Part shown: piece after piece, positions 45,213 through 54,276 of the stretch
How positions within the stretch are numbered: position 1 is the first letter of the stretch
Layout of the letters: each line of letters starts with the position of its first letter
NCBI GenBank assembly: GCA_946413815.1
Contig: CAMKMD010000014.1
Coordinates: 1,048 to 65,047, forward strand
DNA from: an uncultured Ruminococcus sp.
GTDB lineage: Bacteria; Bacillota; Clostridia; Oscillospirales; Ruminococcaceae
Direction: 5' to 3'
DNA length: 64,000 nucleotides
Translations under genes and position numbers: made by a program
Notes under the pieces: generated by a model
What the model was told of the DNA's origin: nothing
The model's input: only the letters and a program-made list of their open reading frames with translations
The model's database searches: none

Positions 45213-45905
45213 ATGAACAATGATTCGATTCAGCTCTTTCTGACGTTTTTTTCAAGGGCACTCATGCTGCTGCTCGTAATGCCTGTCACCAACTGTGCGA
45301 GGGGACTTGCGGCAAAGAAGATGGGCGATGACACAGCTCACAGAGAGGGCAGGATTACCATGAATCCGTTCGAACATCTCGATCTGCTGGGCTCACTTAT
45401 GATAATGCTCATAGGATTCGGCTGGTCGAAACCCATGCCCATAAACTACGCGAAGATGCACAACAGGAAGAGAGGCATAATAGCAGTAGCTGCTGCCGGC
45501 CCCCTGACCCACTTCATCTCAGCGATACTGTGTTATACTATAGTGAACATAATGCAATGTTCATCGACACTGGCATCCACGCTCAGCACAGGCAGCGTAA
45601 CATGGTGCCTCTGCATCATCCTCACCCTGCTTGCAAACATCAATGTATGTATCGGCACTATCAATCTGCTTCCCCTGCCGCCTATGGACGGCTTCCAGAT
45701 ACTCAATCAGTTCACAGGAGCGAAGTTCCACCGCTGGTATTTTGCAAATTACGCCAATATCCAGCGTGTATCGACATTGATACTGTTTATACTGTTCTTC
45801 CTGCCTGATCCTATCAATCCGCTGAGATACCTTATAGGTATATTCAACTATCTCATGCAGCTTGCAGCTTCATGGGTGCCGCTGGTATTCGGGGCAAGGG
45901 GCTGA
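45213..45905 (+). CDS. Site-2-protease (peptidase M50) family homologue lacking the HExxH motif
   Basis: VMPVTNCARGLAAKKMGDDTAHREGRITMNPFEHLDLLGSL aligns with the M50 block xxxxHExxHxxAAxxxGDxTAxxxGRLTLNPxAHxDPxGTL. The distal NLLPLPPMDG motif is retained. Polytopic. Confidence 0.7.
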   Translation: MNNDSIQLFLTFFSRALMLLLVMPVTNCARGLAAKKMGDDTAHREGRITMNPFEHLDLLGSLMIMLIGFGWSKPMPINYAKMHNRKRGIIAVAAAGPLTHFISAILCYTIVNIMQCSSTLASTLSTGSVTWCLCIILTLLANINVCIGTINLLPLPPMDGFQILNQFTGAKFHRWYFANYANIQRVSTLILFILFFLPDPINPLRYLIGIFNYLMQLAASWVPLVFGARG

Positions 45906-45906
45906 G

Positions 45907-46659
45907 ATGGAGAAGCTTTCATTCAAGCTGGAGGTATTTGAAGGACCTCTTGATGTGCTCCTGAGCCTTATAGCCAAGCACAAGCTGAATATATTCGACA
46001 TCGAGATATCCGTGCTGCTCGAGCAGTACCTCGCCTTCATGGAGGAAGCACGCAGCCAGGATATGGAGCTTGCCGGAGAATTTCTTGAGATGGCGGCAAG
46101 ACTTATATATATCAAGACAGCCTTCCTGCTTCCCCGTCAGGAGGAGGCGGAGCAGCTCAAGAAGGAACTCGAAGGCGCCCTGATAGAGCTCTCGCTGTGC
46201 AAGGAGGCTGCAAAGCTGCTTGCGGAGCGAAATGTGGGCTCGGATATATTCGTCCGTGAGCCGATGAAGATAAAGGCGGATCTTACCTACGGCCTCGTTC
46301 ATGAGCCAGAGCGTCTCGTCATTGCCTACAGTGCAGTGTCCGGCAGAAAGCTGAAGCCGGATACCCACAGGCTGCGTATCGAGAACAAGATCAATTCAGT
46401 GGTGAAGCGCAGGATAGTCCCCGTTCTCACCAAGGTAGTGCATATCCTCCGCGAGCTGTACGATACCGGTCAGGTACACATGGATAAGCTCTATGAGGGA
46501 GTCACCGACCGCTCCGCAAGAGTGGCGACCTTCCTTGCAGTGCTTGAACTGACAAGATTCGGGCGTATAACCATAAGCGAGGACAATATGCTTGTCTATC
46601 TGAAGGGCGAGGAAGGAGGCAGAAGGAAATGGAGATCAAAGAAAAACTCGGAGCAGTAG
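45907..46659 (+). CDS. scpA: Segregation and condensation protein A
   Basis: LEVFEGPLDVLLSLIAKHKLNIFDIEISVLLEQYL. The ATG lies 1 nt after the previous stop. Confidence 0.9.
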   Translation: MEKLSFKLEVFEGPLDVLLSLIAKHKLNIFDIEISVLLEQYLAFMEEARSQDMELAGEFLEMAARLIYIKTAFLLPRQEEAEQLKKELEGALIELSLCKEAAKLLAERNVGSDIFVREPMKIKADLTYGLVHEPERLVIAYSAVSGRKLKPDTHRLRIENKINSVVKRRIVPVLTKVVHILRELYDTGQVHMDKLYEGVTDRSARVATFLAVLELTRFGRITISEDNMLVYLKGEEGGRRKWRSKKNSEQ

Positions 46660-47240
46660 AAGCTATACTCTTTGCAAGCGGCGAGCCCATAGAGCTCTAC
46701 CGTCTGTCTGAGGCGAGCGGAGTCGATGTCGGCACTCTCCCGTCACTCATACGTCTCCTCAACGAGAGGTATGATGATTACGGCAGCGGCATCACCATAA
46801 AGAAGCTGGAAAGCAGCTATCAGATGTGCAGCCGTGAGGAGTTCGCACCGCAGATACGTGCCGCTCTCGAGACCAAGAAAAACACCCCTCTGTCCAATGC
46901 GGCGATGGAGGTTCTTACAATAATAGCATACAACCAGCCGGTATCCAAGAGCTTTGTTGAAAATGTCCGCGGAGTAGACAGCTCCTCGGTAGTCAACAAT
47001 CTCGTGGAGAAGGGACTGGTAGAGGAAGCCGGAAGGCTCGATGTCCCCGGCAGACCTATAGTATACCGTACTACCTCGGTATTCCTCCGCACCTTCGGGC
47101 TCAGTTCAGTTTCCGAGCTCCCGCCCATACCCGGCAGGGAGACAGAGAACTGCGAGACAGAGATGCTGCCGGAATTCGCAGCAGAGGAGGAAGCGGCAGC
47201 CGCAGCAGCTGCTGAGGCTGCATTACCAGACGCAGAATAA
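46629..47240 (+). CDS. scpB: Segregation and condensation protein B
   Basis: AILFASGEPI..., AAMEVLTIIAYNQPVSKSFVENVRGVDS..., GRPIVYRTTSVFLRTFGL. Confidence 0.9.
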   Translation: MEIKEKLGAVEAILFASGEPIELYRLSEASGVDVGTLPSLIRLLNERYDDYGSGITIKKLESSYQMCSREEFAPQIRAALETKKNTPLSNAAMEVLTIIAYNQPVSKSFVENVRGVDSSSVVNNLVEKGLVEEAGRLDVPGRPIVYRTTSVFLRTFGLSSVSELPPIPGRETENCETEMLPEFAAEEEAAAAAAAEAALPDAE

Positions 47241-47263
47241 TACGCAGAAAGGAGCGGTAAGAG

Positions 47264-48175
47264 ATGTTGATCACGCTGCTTGCAGCAGTCGGCGCAGTGC
47301 TGCTGACGATACTTAAAGTGATAGGCTGGATACTTCTGGCTGTACTGATACTGCTCCTTATAATAATGATAATACCGCTCCGTGCGGAGGCATCCTTCAT
47401 ATCGGAGGTCTTCACCTACCGGGTGAAGCTATGGTTCGTGCCCGTTATGGATTCGGGCGGCGGAGGCATCCTCGGCTGGCTGAAAAAGCGCAGGGCAAAG
47501 AAGGAAGGCGTCGAAGAGGAAGACGATGATCTCTTCTCTGATGATCTTCCCGATGAGGCTGAAAAGCCGGAGGAACTGCCCTCAGACGAAGAGCCGTCAG
47601 AGAGCGTCTCTGAGCCGGTACCTGCAGAGGATACAGCTCCCGAAGAGGATACAGCGCCCCCGGATGAAACGGAGGATGACCCCTTCATGGAGGAGGAACC
47701 TGAGCCGGAGGAGAAAAAGCACAGATTCGGCCGCCGCAGGAAGAAGGAAAAGCCCCCGAAGGAGCCGAAGACTCTTGGGGAGAAGATCGAGTTCCTCCTT
47801 GATCTGTGGAGGGCGGCAGACCGTCCGCTCCTGAGGATATTCAAGGGCATACATCTTTATGATCTGTATGCCGATCTTATAGTTGCCGACGAGGACGCAT
47901 ACAAATGCGCCCTGAACTACGGCAGGGTGAGCGCACTGCTCTACCCGCTGCTCGGCTGGCTGAGCACCCTCTTCACCGTAAGGCTGAAGACCATAGATCT
48001 CAATGCCGGATTCGGGCTTGAAAAGAGCCGCTGGGACGCCGCCGTCAAGGTGAGCTTCCGGCTCGGAACAGTGGTTATCGCAGGACTCTGGTTCCTGGTA
48101 ACATATATATTCAGATACTTCATCCCCGGCAAGCTGCGGGGCAGAAAGATCAATAAAGCCGCAAGGCAGAAGTGA
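47264..48175 (+). CDS. YtfI-like (DUF2953-type) membrane protein with acidic central region
   Basis: N-terminal TM. Position directly upstream of ytfJ/gerW as in Bacillus ytfIJ. The family call rests on synteny and overall layout only. Confidence 0.5.
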   Translation: MLITLLAAVGAVLLTILKVIGWILLAVLILLLIIMIIPLRAEASFISEVFTYRVKLWFVPVMDSGGGGILGWLKKRRAKKEGVEEEDDDLFSDDLPDEAEKPEELPSDEEPSESVSEPVPAEDTAPEEDTAPPDETEDDPFMEEEPEPEEKKHRFGRRRKKEKPPKEPKTLGEKIEFLLDLWRAADRPLLRIFKGIHLYDLYADLIVADEDAYKCALNYGRVSALLYPLLGWLSTLFTVRLKTIDLNAGFGLEKSRWDAAVKVSFRLGTVVIAGLWFLVTYIFRYFIPGKLRGRKINKAARQK

Positions 48176-48185
48176 GGTTACAGTT

Positions 48186-48620
48186 ATGAGTGCAAAGAAT
48201 ACACCGATCAATGATCTGCTTGGTATATCCATGGAGAAGGTCAAGGAGATGGCAGATGTAAATGCCATTATCGGACAGCCCATGAAACTTGAGGACGGTA
48301 CTTCCGTTATCCCGGTATCAAAGGTATCATACGGCTTTGCTTCCGGCGGTTCTGATCTTCCGTCAAAGTACGACAAGGATCTTTTCGGCGGCGGCGCAGG
48401 CGCAGGAGTTTCCATCAAGCCCGAGGGCTTCCTGGTTATATCCCCCGACGGCACTGCAAGAATGGTGCCGATAGAGCCTTCAAGCGATCCCATAGCAAAT
48501 GTGCTGAATTCCGTACCCGGTATCATCGACAAGGTATCCGGCTACGTTTCCGGCAGAAAGGGCAAGCCCGCAGAGTCATCTGACGACGCCGGCGAGGCCT
48601 CCGTCATCATCAACGACTGA
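48186..48620 (+). CDS. gerW: Sporulation protein GerW/YtfJ family
   Basis: INDLLGISMEKVKEMADVNAIIGQPM...GTSVIPVSKVSYGFASGG...GGGAGAGVSIKPEGFLVI. Confidence 0.85.
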   Translation: MSAKNTPINDLLGISMEKVKEMADVNAIIGQPMKLEDGTSVIPVSKVSYGFASGGSDLPSKYDKDLFGGGAGAGVSIKPEGFLVISPDGTARMVPIEPSSDPIANVLNSVPGIIDKVSGYVSGRKGKPAESSDDAGEASVIIND

Positions 48621-48676
48621 TTCATAAAAACGCCTCCCCGTGCATATCCTGTACAAAAAGACTCAGGAGGCGTAGT

Positions 48677-49831
48677 ATGAAGATCATAACGGTACTTGTC
48701 ACAGCTGCGGCGCTTGTATCAGGCGTCCCTGCACAGGCCTCGGCAAATGCGCCTGAGGTATCCGCAAAGGCCGCTGTACTGATATCCGCCGATACGGGCG
48801 AGGTGATATACGCCCGCCGTTCCGGCGAAAAGCTGCCTATGGCGAGCACCACCAAGATAATGACCGTGCTGCTCACACTGGAGAGCGCTCAGAAAATGGG
48901 CGATCTCTATGAGGAGTTCACGGTGGACAGCGAAGCGATACACGTCGAGGGCTCCTCAATGGGGCTCCTTGAAGGCGATACAGTAACGAAGTACGCTCTG
49001 TGCTGCGGGATGCTCCTTCCCTCCGGCAACGATGCCGCCAATGCTGCGGCAGTGAGGATAGCCGGAAGTCTGGAGGGCTTTGCAGAGCTTATGAATGCCC
49101 GTGCGGCAGAGCTCGGACTGAAGTCCACACACTTCGTCACTCCGTCCGGACTTGAGGGGGAGGGGCACGGCTCCTCTGCCTGCGATATGGCTCTCCTCGC
49201 AAGGGAGGCTCTCCGGGATCCGACCTTCCGTGAGATATGCTCATCCTATGAAATGGAGACCGAGTTCGGCTCGCCGCCCTACAGGCGCTGGCTGAAGAAT
49301 ACCAACAGGCTCCTGACTATGGATGAGGGAGTATACGGAGTCAAGACCGGTTATACCGACGAGGCCGGCAGATGTCTTGTGTCTGCCTGCAAGCGTGACG
49401 GCAGGGACATGATATGTGTGACTCTAAACGATCCCGATGACTGGAACGATCATCTTGCCCTGTACAGCTACGGGGCGGAAACCGCTGTCACAGAGGATAT
49501 CACGCTGCCGCAGGAGGTGCGTATAGATCTGGCAGGCGGGGAACAGGAGCAGATAACGGCTTCTCCCCTCGGCAGCAGTCTTACGCTCACTACGCTCTCT
49601 GCCTCGCAGGAGGATATCAGCTTCAGGGTCATTGCATCGCCTTTCGTCTACGCCCCTGTAAGACAGGGCGACCGCATCGGAGAGCTTGCAGTAGAGCTCA
49701 GCGGAAGAGAGATAAACAGGCTCCCTCTCTACGCCGATACAGATGCGGAGATATACCTGCCGGCAGAAGAGCCGGAGGAAGAGAGCCTGTACAGCAGGAT
49801 AATCAATGCGCTCAGGAGGGTGTTTTCCTGA
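48677..49831 (+). CDS. dacB: D-alanyl-D-alanine carboxypeptidase (S11, DacB/PBP5* type)
   Basis: Signal peptide. SxxK as ASTTK, SxN as PSGND, KTG as VKTGYT. Confidence 0.9.
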   Translation: MKIITVLVTAAALVSGVPAQASANAPEVSAKAAVLISADTGEVIYARRSGEKLPMASTTKIMTVLLTLESAQKMGDLYEEFTVDSEAIHVEGSSMGLLEGDTVTKYALCCGMLLPSGNDAANAAAVRIAGSLEGFAELMNARAAELGLKSTHFVTPSGLEGEGHGSSACDMALLAREALRDPTFREICSSYEMETEFGSPPYRRWLKNTNRLLTMDEGVYGVKTGYTDEAGRCLVSACKRDGRDMICVTLNDPDDWNDHLALYSYGAETAVTEDITLPQEVRIDLAGGEQEQITASPLGSSLTLTTLSASQEDISFRVIASPFVYAPVRQGDRIGELAVELSGREINRLPLYADTDAEIYLPAEEPEEESLYSRIINALRRVFS

Positions 49832-49847
49832 GAGATATGGAGAAATT

Positions 49848-50579
49848 GTGGAAAAGACAAGAATACAGAAAGTGATCTCAGACAGCGGCTATTGTTCACG
49901 CCGCAAGGCTGAGACCCTGATAGATCAGGGCAAGGTAAAGGTCAACGGCAGACCGGTCAAGCTGGGCGACAAGTGCAGCTACCGTGATATCATAAGCGTT
50001 GACGGGGAGCGCCTTTATATCGCTCCGAAGAAGAACAAGCTCTACATCATGCTCAACAAGCCGAGAGGCTACGTGACCACAGTGTCCGATGAGCTGGAGC
50101 GCCGCACCGTAATGGATCTGATAGCAGATATCGATGAGAGGGTATACCCCGTAGGAAGGCTTGACCGCAACTCCGAGGGACTTCTCCTCCTTACCAATGA
50201 CGGTGAATTTGCCAACAGTATAATGCACCCGAGCAGACATATCACCAAGACCTACCGCGTGACTGTCCGCCCGGATATCGACGAGGAGCAGCTTGAGAAG
50301 CTCTCCACAGGAGTAGACCTTGACGGAAAGATGACTCTCCCGGCGACTGTAGTCGTAAAGGAGAAGCAGGAGGGCAGGGTAGTCCTTCTCATCACCATCA
50401 AGGAGGGCAGGAACCGTCAGATCAGACGAATGTGCGAGGCAGTCGGCCTCGAAGTCGCAAGGCTGCGCCGTGTCAGCATAGGTCCCCTGAGGCTTGGTAT
50501 GCTCAAGCCCGGCACATGGCGTGAACTGACAGCAGACGAGCTGCGCGCCCTGCGTACCGCTATCGGAAAGGATAAGTGA
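49848..50579 (+). CDS. rluB: rRNA pseudouridine synthase RluB type
   Basis: S4 domain RIQKVISDSGYCSRRKAETLIDQGKVKVNG. Catalytic VGRLDRNSEGLLLLTNDG. GTG start at 49848 preferred; the ATG at 49806 overlaps dacB, so the start is uncertain. Confidence 0.85.
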   Translation: MEKTRIQKVISDSGYCSRRKAETLIDQGKVKVNGRPVKLGDKCSYRDIISVDGERLYIAPKKNKLYIMLNKPRGYVTTVSDELERRTVMDLIADIDERVYPVGRLDRNSEGLLLLTNDGEFANSIMHPSRHITKTYRVTVRPDIDEEQLEKLSTGVDLDGKMTLPATVVVKEKQEGRVVLLITIKEGRNRQIRRMCEAVGLEVARLRRVSIGPLRLGMLKPGTWRELTADELRALRTAIGKDK

Positions 50580-50580
50580 T

Positions 50581-50958
50581 ATGCTGGAGATACAGGAGGT
50601 ATCCGGCACAGAGGGCTACGAGGGTGTTATTTCTCAGGCCGGAAATGCGGATATCCATATAACCGAAGCACTTGACAGCGGCAGAGCCATCGGCTTCATA
50701 GCCTACGCCTACGGAGAGAAGCAGACCACGGTCTACGCCTATGATGACGGCGGTGATCTTAAACTCTGCGACGGCCTTGTCCGTTCGGTAATGTTCAAGA
50801 GCGCCCTGAAGGGCATCGAGTGTATAGAGTTTGCCCTTGCTGATGAAAAAGCCTACGGGCAGCTCCGCAGACTGCGTTTCCTCCCGGAGGACAGCAATGT
50901 CTGCAAGGATCTGAGCAGCTTTATGAACGGCTGCGAGAGCTGTAAGCACAACAGCTGA
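50581..50958 (+). CDS. Hypothetical small protein
   Basis: Starts 1 nt after the rluB stop. No motif recognised. Confidence 0.45.
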   Translation: MLEIQEVSGTEGYEGVISQAGNADIHITEALDSGRAIGFIAYAYGEKQTTVYAYDDGGDLKLCDGLVRSVMFKSALKGIECIEFALADEKAYGQLRRLRFLPEDSNVCKDLSSFMNGCESCKHNS

Positions 50959-50997
50959 TAATAGTTTTTTACAACAGAAAGAAAGGAGCGGTTTGAA

Positions 50998-51945
50998 ATG
51001 CCTATTCGTATACCGCAGGAGCTTCCGGCATTCAAAACGCTTGGAGAAGAGAATATATTTGTCATGTCGAAGGAAAGGGCGGAGCATCAGGATATCCGTC
51101 CGCTGAAGGTCATAATCCTCAATATTATGCCAAAGAAGATCGAGACAGAATGCCAGCTTATGAGGCTGCTCAGCAATACTCCTCTCCAGGTGGATGTGGA
51201 GCTGCTACAGATGGCTTCACATATCTCAAAGAACACATCCCGCCACCATCTGGATGAGTTCTACAAGACCTTTGACGAGATAAAGGATTACCGCTATGAC
51301 GGTATGATAATCACCGGCGCACCGGTAGAGCTCCTCGAGTACGAGGATGTTGACTACTGGCAGGAGATTACGGAGATATTCGAGTGGTCAAAGACCCATG
51401 TATACTCGAGTCTCTATATCTGCTGGGCAGCGCAGGCAGGACTCTACTACCATTTCGGGGTGCCGAAGTACCCCCTCGAACAGAAGATGTTCGGAGTATT
51501 CCCGCACCGTGCGGAGCTTGAGAACTGTCAGCTCCTCAGGGGCTTTGATGATATCTTCTACGTTCCGCATTCAAGGAATACCGAGGTGCGCCGCGAGGAT
51601 ATCGAAAAGATAGACCAGCTCAGGATACTGACATATTCGGAGCTTTCGGGAGTACACATCATAGCCAACAAGAACGGCAGGCAGTATTTCATCACAGGCC
51701 ATTCCGAGTACGACAGGGACACCCTTGCCTCGGAGTATTTCCGTGATGTGGAGAAGGGGCTTGATATACAGATCCCCTACAATTATTTCCCGGATGATGA
51801 TCCGGCAAATCAGCCGGTATTCTCCTGGAGGAGCACAGCAAACCTGATGTTCTCAAACTGGCTCAACTATTGTGTATATCAGAGGACACCGTATAACCTG
51901 GACGAGCTTGAGATAAGAAGCTGGACCTGGGAAACGGCACTCTGA
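50998..51945 (+). CDS. metA: Homoserine O-acyltransferase (MetA family)
   Basis: [23 protein letters not shown]...[18 protein letters not shown]...[10 protein letters not shown]. Confidence 0.9.
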   Translation: MPIRIPQELPAFKTLGEENIFVMSKERAEHQDIRPLKVIILNIMPKKIETECQLMRLLSNTPLQVDVELLQMASHISKNTSRHHLDEFYKTFDEIKDYRYDGMIITGAPVELLEYEDVDYWQEITEIFEWSKTHVYSSLYICWAAQAGLYYHFGVPKYPLEQKMFGVFPHRAELENCQLLRGFDDIFYVPHSRNTEVRREDIEKIDQLRILTYSELSGVHIIANKNGRQYFITGHSEYDRDTLASEYFRDVEKGLDIQIPYNYFPDDDPANQPVFSWRSTANLMFSNWLNYCVYQRTPYNLDELEIRSWTWETAL

Positions 51946-52014
51946 TATTATAAAGCACCGCAGGGGTAAAGGCGGTGCGGTATGATATAGGATATGTTTA
52001 TGGAGGAAAAAACA

Positions 52015-52518
52015 ATGGAAAACATCGAAGAAACGATCACAGCAGAAACACCGGAGGAGACTCCGGCAGAAGCAGTAAGGGATGATCTTGACGATCTTCC
52101 GGTAAAGGAAGAGGAGGAACTCTTCTTCGACAATACGGATTTTCAGGATTATGAAGACGACAAGAACTACCATGGCGGATTTATTTCCGTTTCAGCCTTT
52201 GTGCTGAGCCTTTCGAGCATAATGCTCACCCTGACAGGCATCTTCTGGCTCGTCATCGCCGGCAGCGTGATAGCGCTGATACTCGGTGCTGTGGCAGTCA
52301 TAAAAAAGCACGGAGAGTACGGCTTTGCGGTGGGTGCCGTGATCATATCGGCGCTCGTTATAATCGCAAGCAGCTGGGTATATATCGATTATCCCTATTT
52401 CTGGGCAAGAAATGAATCAAAGAGCTTTTCCATCCATCCTGATGCAGAGGAATCAGATCCCGGCAACCTTGCAGCATTCAGTGTATATGGCATGGAGTTT
52501 ACCGGAGGTGTTGACTGA
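52015..52518 (+). CDS. Small membrane protein, acidic N-terminus plus hydrophobic hairpins
   Basis: GGAGG 8 nt before the ATG at 52015. TM stretches FISVSAFVLSLSSIMLTLTGIFWLVIAGSVIALILGAVAVI and FAVGAVIISALVIIASSWV. Confidence 0.55.
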   Translation: MENIEETITAETPEETPAEAVRDDLDDLPVKEEEELFFDNTDFQDYEDDKNYHGGFISVSAFVLSLSSIMLTLTGIFWLVIAGSVIALILGAVAVIKKHGEYGFAVGAVIISALVIIASSWVYIDYPYFWARNESKSFSIHPDAEESDPGNLAAFSVYGMEFTGGVD

Positions 52519-53273
52519 TGTTCTGGAAACGTGAAACCATCGACGAGATGGATCGCACCACTGTCGATGAGATGGACAGGACTGTTGTTGATGATATGTC
52601 CTCGACTGACACTAATGATTATTATGACTCCACCCGCTACTACGATCCCTCACGCTACGGCACAGCTAACGATTATTCCCATGACAGCCACCTCTGCGAG
52701 GACGGTCACGATCATGACGAGATCGACAGAAGGCGTTCTGGGTCATACCGTCCCGAAAAAGAAAAGACGCCCTACGGAGGGCATCTCTGTGAGGACGGCG
52801 AGCATCATGAGAGAAGCAGCGCAGCGGAGAGGACTGAAAAGCCACCATATACGACCTACAGGAAGACCGCTGCCGAACGGAAAGCCCCTGAGCAGAGGAA
52901 CTACACTCCGGCGAGGGATTTTACCCCGAAGGTCTATGCAGAGACAAAGCGTCCCGGCTATGATGCAAAGAAGGATGCGGCCTCATTGCGCTCCATAGGC
53001 ATCATACTTATCGTCATAGGAATAATCACATTCAGTTCTATCGGCTTTATTTTCATAATAATCGGCGGCGCCATGCTGAAGAGTGCCGGAAATGCAAATA
53101 AAGAAGCAGGTGGCAGTGCGCCGGCAGCAGCACGCGCGGTCATTGATGAGGAGAAAATTCAGCAGTTCAACGCAGCGAAGCTGATAATAGCCTTTGTAAT
53201 GATCGTCATCATAATAATCACATTTATCATAATAGCATCCAGCCTTGGCCCGCTGCTTGCGGAGCTGGAATAA
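52518..53273 (+). CDS. Small membrane protein with His/Cys/Asp motif pair
   Basis: The ATG overlaps the previous stop (TGATG), RBS ggaggtg. Cytoplasmic head carries two HLCEDG..H.HE motifs. TM stretches IGIILIVIGIITFSSIGFIFIIIGGAML and LIIAFVMIVIIIITFIIIA. Confidence 0.55.
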   Translation: MFWKRETIDEMDRTTVDEMDRTVVDDMSSTDTNDYYDSTRYYDPSRYGTANDYSHDSHLCEDGHDHDEIDRRRSGSYRPEKEKTPYGGHLCEDGEHHERSSAAERTEKPPYTTYRKTAAERKAPEQRNYTPARDFTPKVYAETKRPGYDAKKDAASLRSIGIILIVIGIITFSSIGFIFIIIGGAMLKSAGNANKEAGGSAPAAARAVIDEEKIQQFNAAKLIIAFVMIVIIIITFIIIASSLGPLLAELE

Positions 53274-53341
53274 CCCAACGTCATCTTTCCCCGCGTAAAG
53301 CGGGAGATGAAATATATTATAATTTATTAAGGAGGAGTATC

Positions 53342-53881
53342 ATGAGCGACGTATTCATGGACAACACCAACTATTCCGCAATGGACGACAACCCGAATGC
53401 CTACAAGAAGGGACTTGCTATCACAGCATTTATTCTCAGCATTCTGAACCTTGTCTGCTGCTGCTGGGCATTTGCAGCTATGACACCTGTGGGCTTCATA
53501 TTTGTCATCCTGGCAATCGTATTTGCACTGATCTCACTGATCACAAAGCGCGGCGGCAAGGGTCTTGCCATTGCAGCACTCATCATCGCCGGCCTCAGCC
53601 TGATATTCATGGTATATCTGAATATCAGCTTCAAGCCCTATGCAAATGACATCATGCTGTTTGCACAGAACGCTGAGAAGTATGTAAATGACTGGGACGA
53701 GACACACGAGGTTCCTGCTGAGTTCCAGAAGTACAATGATCCCAAGTATGATCAGTTATGGCAGAACTACAATCCGCCCTGCCAGAACTTCACAGAGTGG
53801 TATGGTGAGGTTTGGATCAAGCAGTTCAAGCAGCAGGGTATCGGCGGAAGCCCGGCACCTGCAAGCTTAGCACTTGCTTAA
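53342..53881 (+). CDS. DUF4190-like small membrane protein
   Basis: RBS aaggagg. GLAITAFILSILNLVCCCWAFAA...FIFVILAIVFALISLI...GLAIAALIIAGLSLIF pattern. Confidence 0.6.
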   Translation: MSDVFMDNTNYSAMDDNPNAYKKGLAITAFILSILNLVCCCWAFAAMTPVGFIFVILAIVFALISLITKRGGKGLAIAALIIAGLSLIFMVYLNISFKPYANDIMLFAQNAEKYVNDWDETHEVPAEFQKYNDPKYDQLWQNYNPPCQNFTEWYGEVWIKQFKQQGIGGSPAPASLALA

Positions 53882-54273
53882 ACCGGAGCCAGAGCGGGAA
53901 CGAAGTTCCTGACAACTGCATACAGAAGTGCTATCCCCACGGCGGCAAGGTAAAATCTGTCGTCCGTGGGGAGTATTTTTTTCTTCCTCCCGAAGAGAGC
54001 GAGCAGGTTCTGAAACCAGCAAAGTACAAGCAGTACAGCGGCGCCAACGATGATGGCGTTGTTGCGGAGCGCACCAGGGATATCAAGCTCAGCCAGGGAG
54101 TATACCGCATGGGTCGCCCCGCAGCCCGGGCAGTAGATGCCGAAGAAAAACCTGAACAGACAGGGCGGCATATGTGTGGCCACAGACCTTCTGTAGAAAC
54201 CTGTCACCAGCGGGAAGAGAGGTATCAGTAATACCGGCAGGAGAGCTATGACGAGCTCTTTTTTTCTTTTCAT
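53878..54273 (-). CDS. DUF2752 domain membrane protein
   Basis: FGIYCPGCGATHAVYSL motif and TM helices. Confidence 0.75.
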   Translation of the reverse strand: MKRKKELVIALLPVLLIPLFPLVTGFYRRSVATHMPPCLFRFFFGIYCPGCGATHAVYSLAELDIPGALRNNAIIVGAAVLLVLCWFQNLLALFGRKKKILPTDDRFYLAAVGIALLYAVVRNFVPALAPV

Positions 54274-54276
54274 ATA

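Noticed and set aside
47597-48532. 311-aa minus-strand ORF antisense to the ytfI-like and gerW genes
   Set aside because: It overlaps two well-supported plus-strand genes. No motifs, no RBS, and the composition is typical of a shadow ORF.
50959-50997. Expected SAM (S-box) riboswitch upstream of metA
   Set aside because: Only 39 nt separate metA from the preceding ORF, which is too short for any riboswitch.
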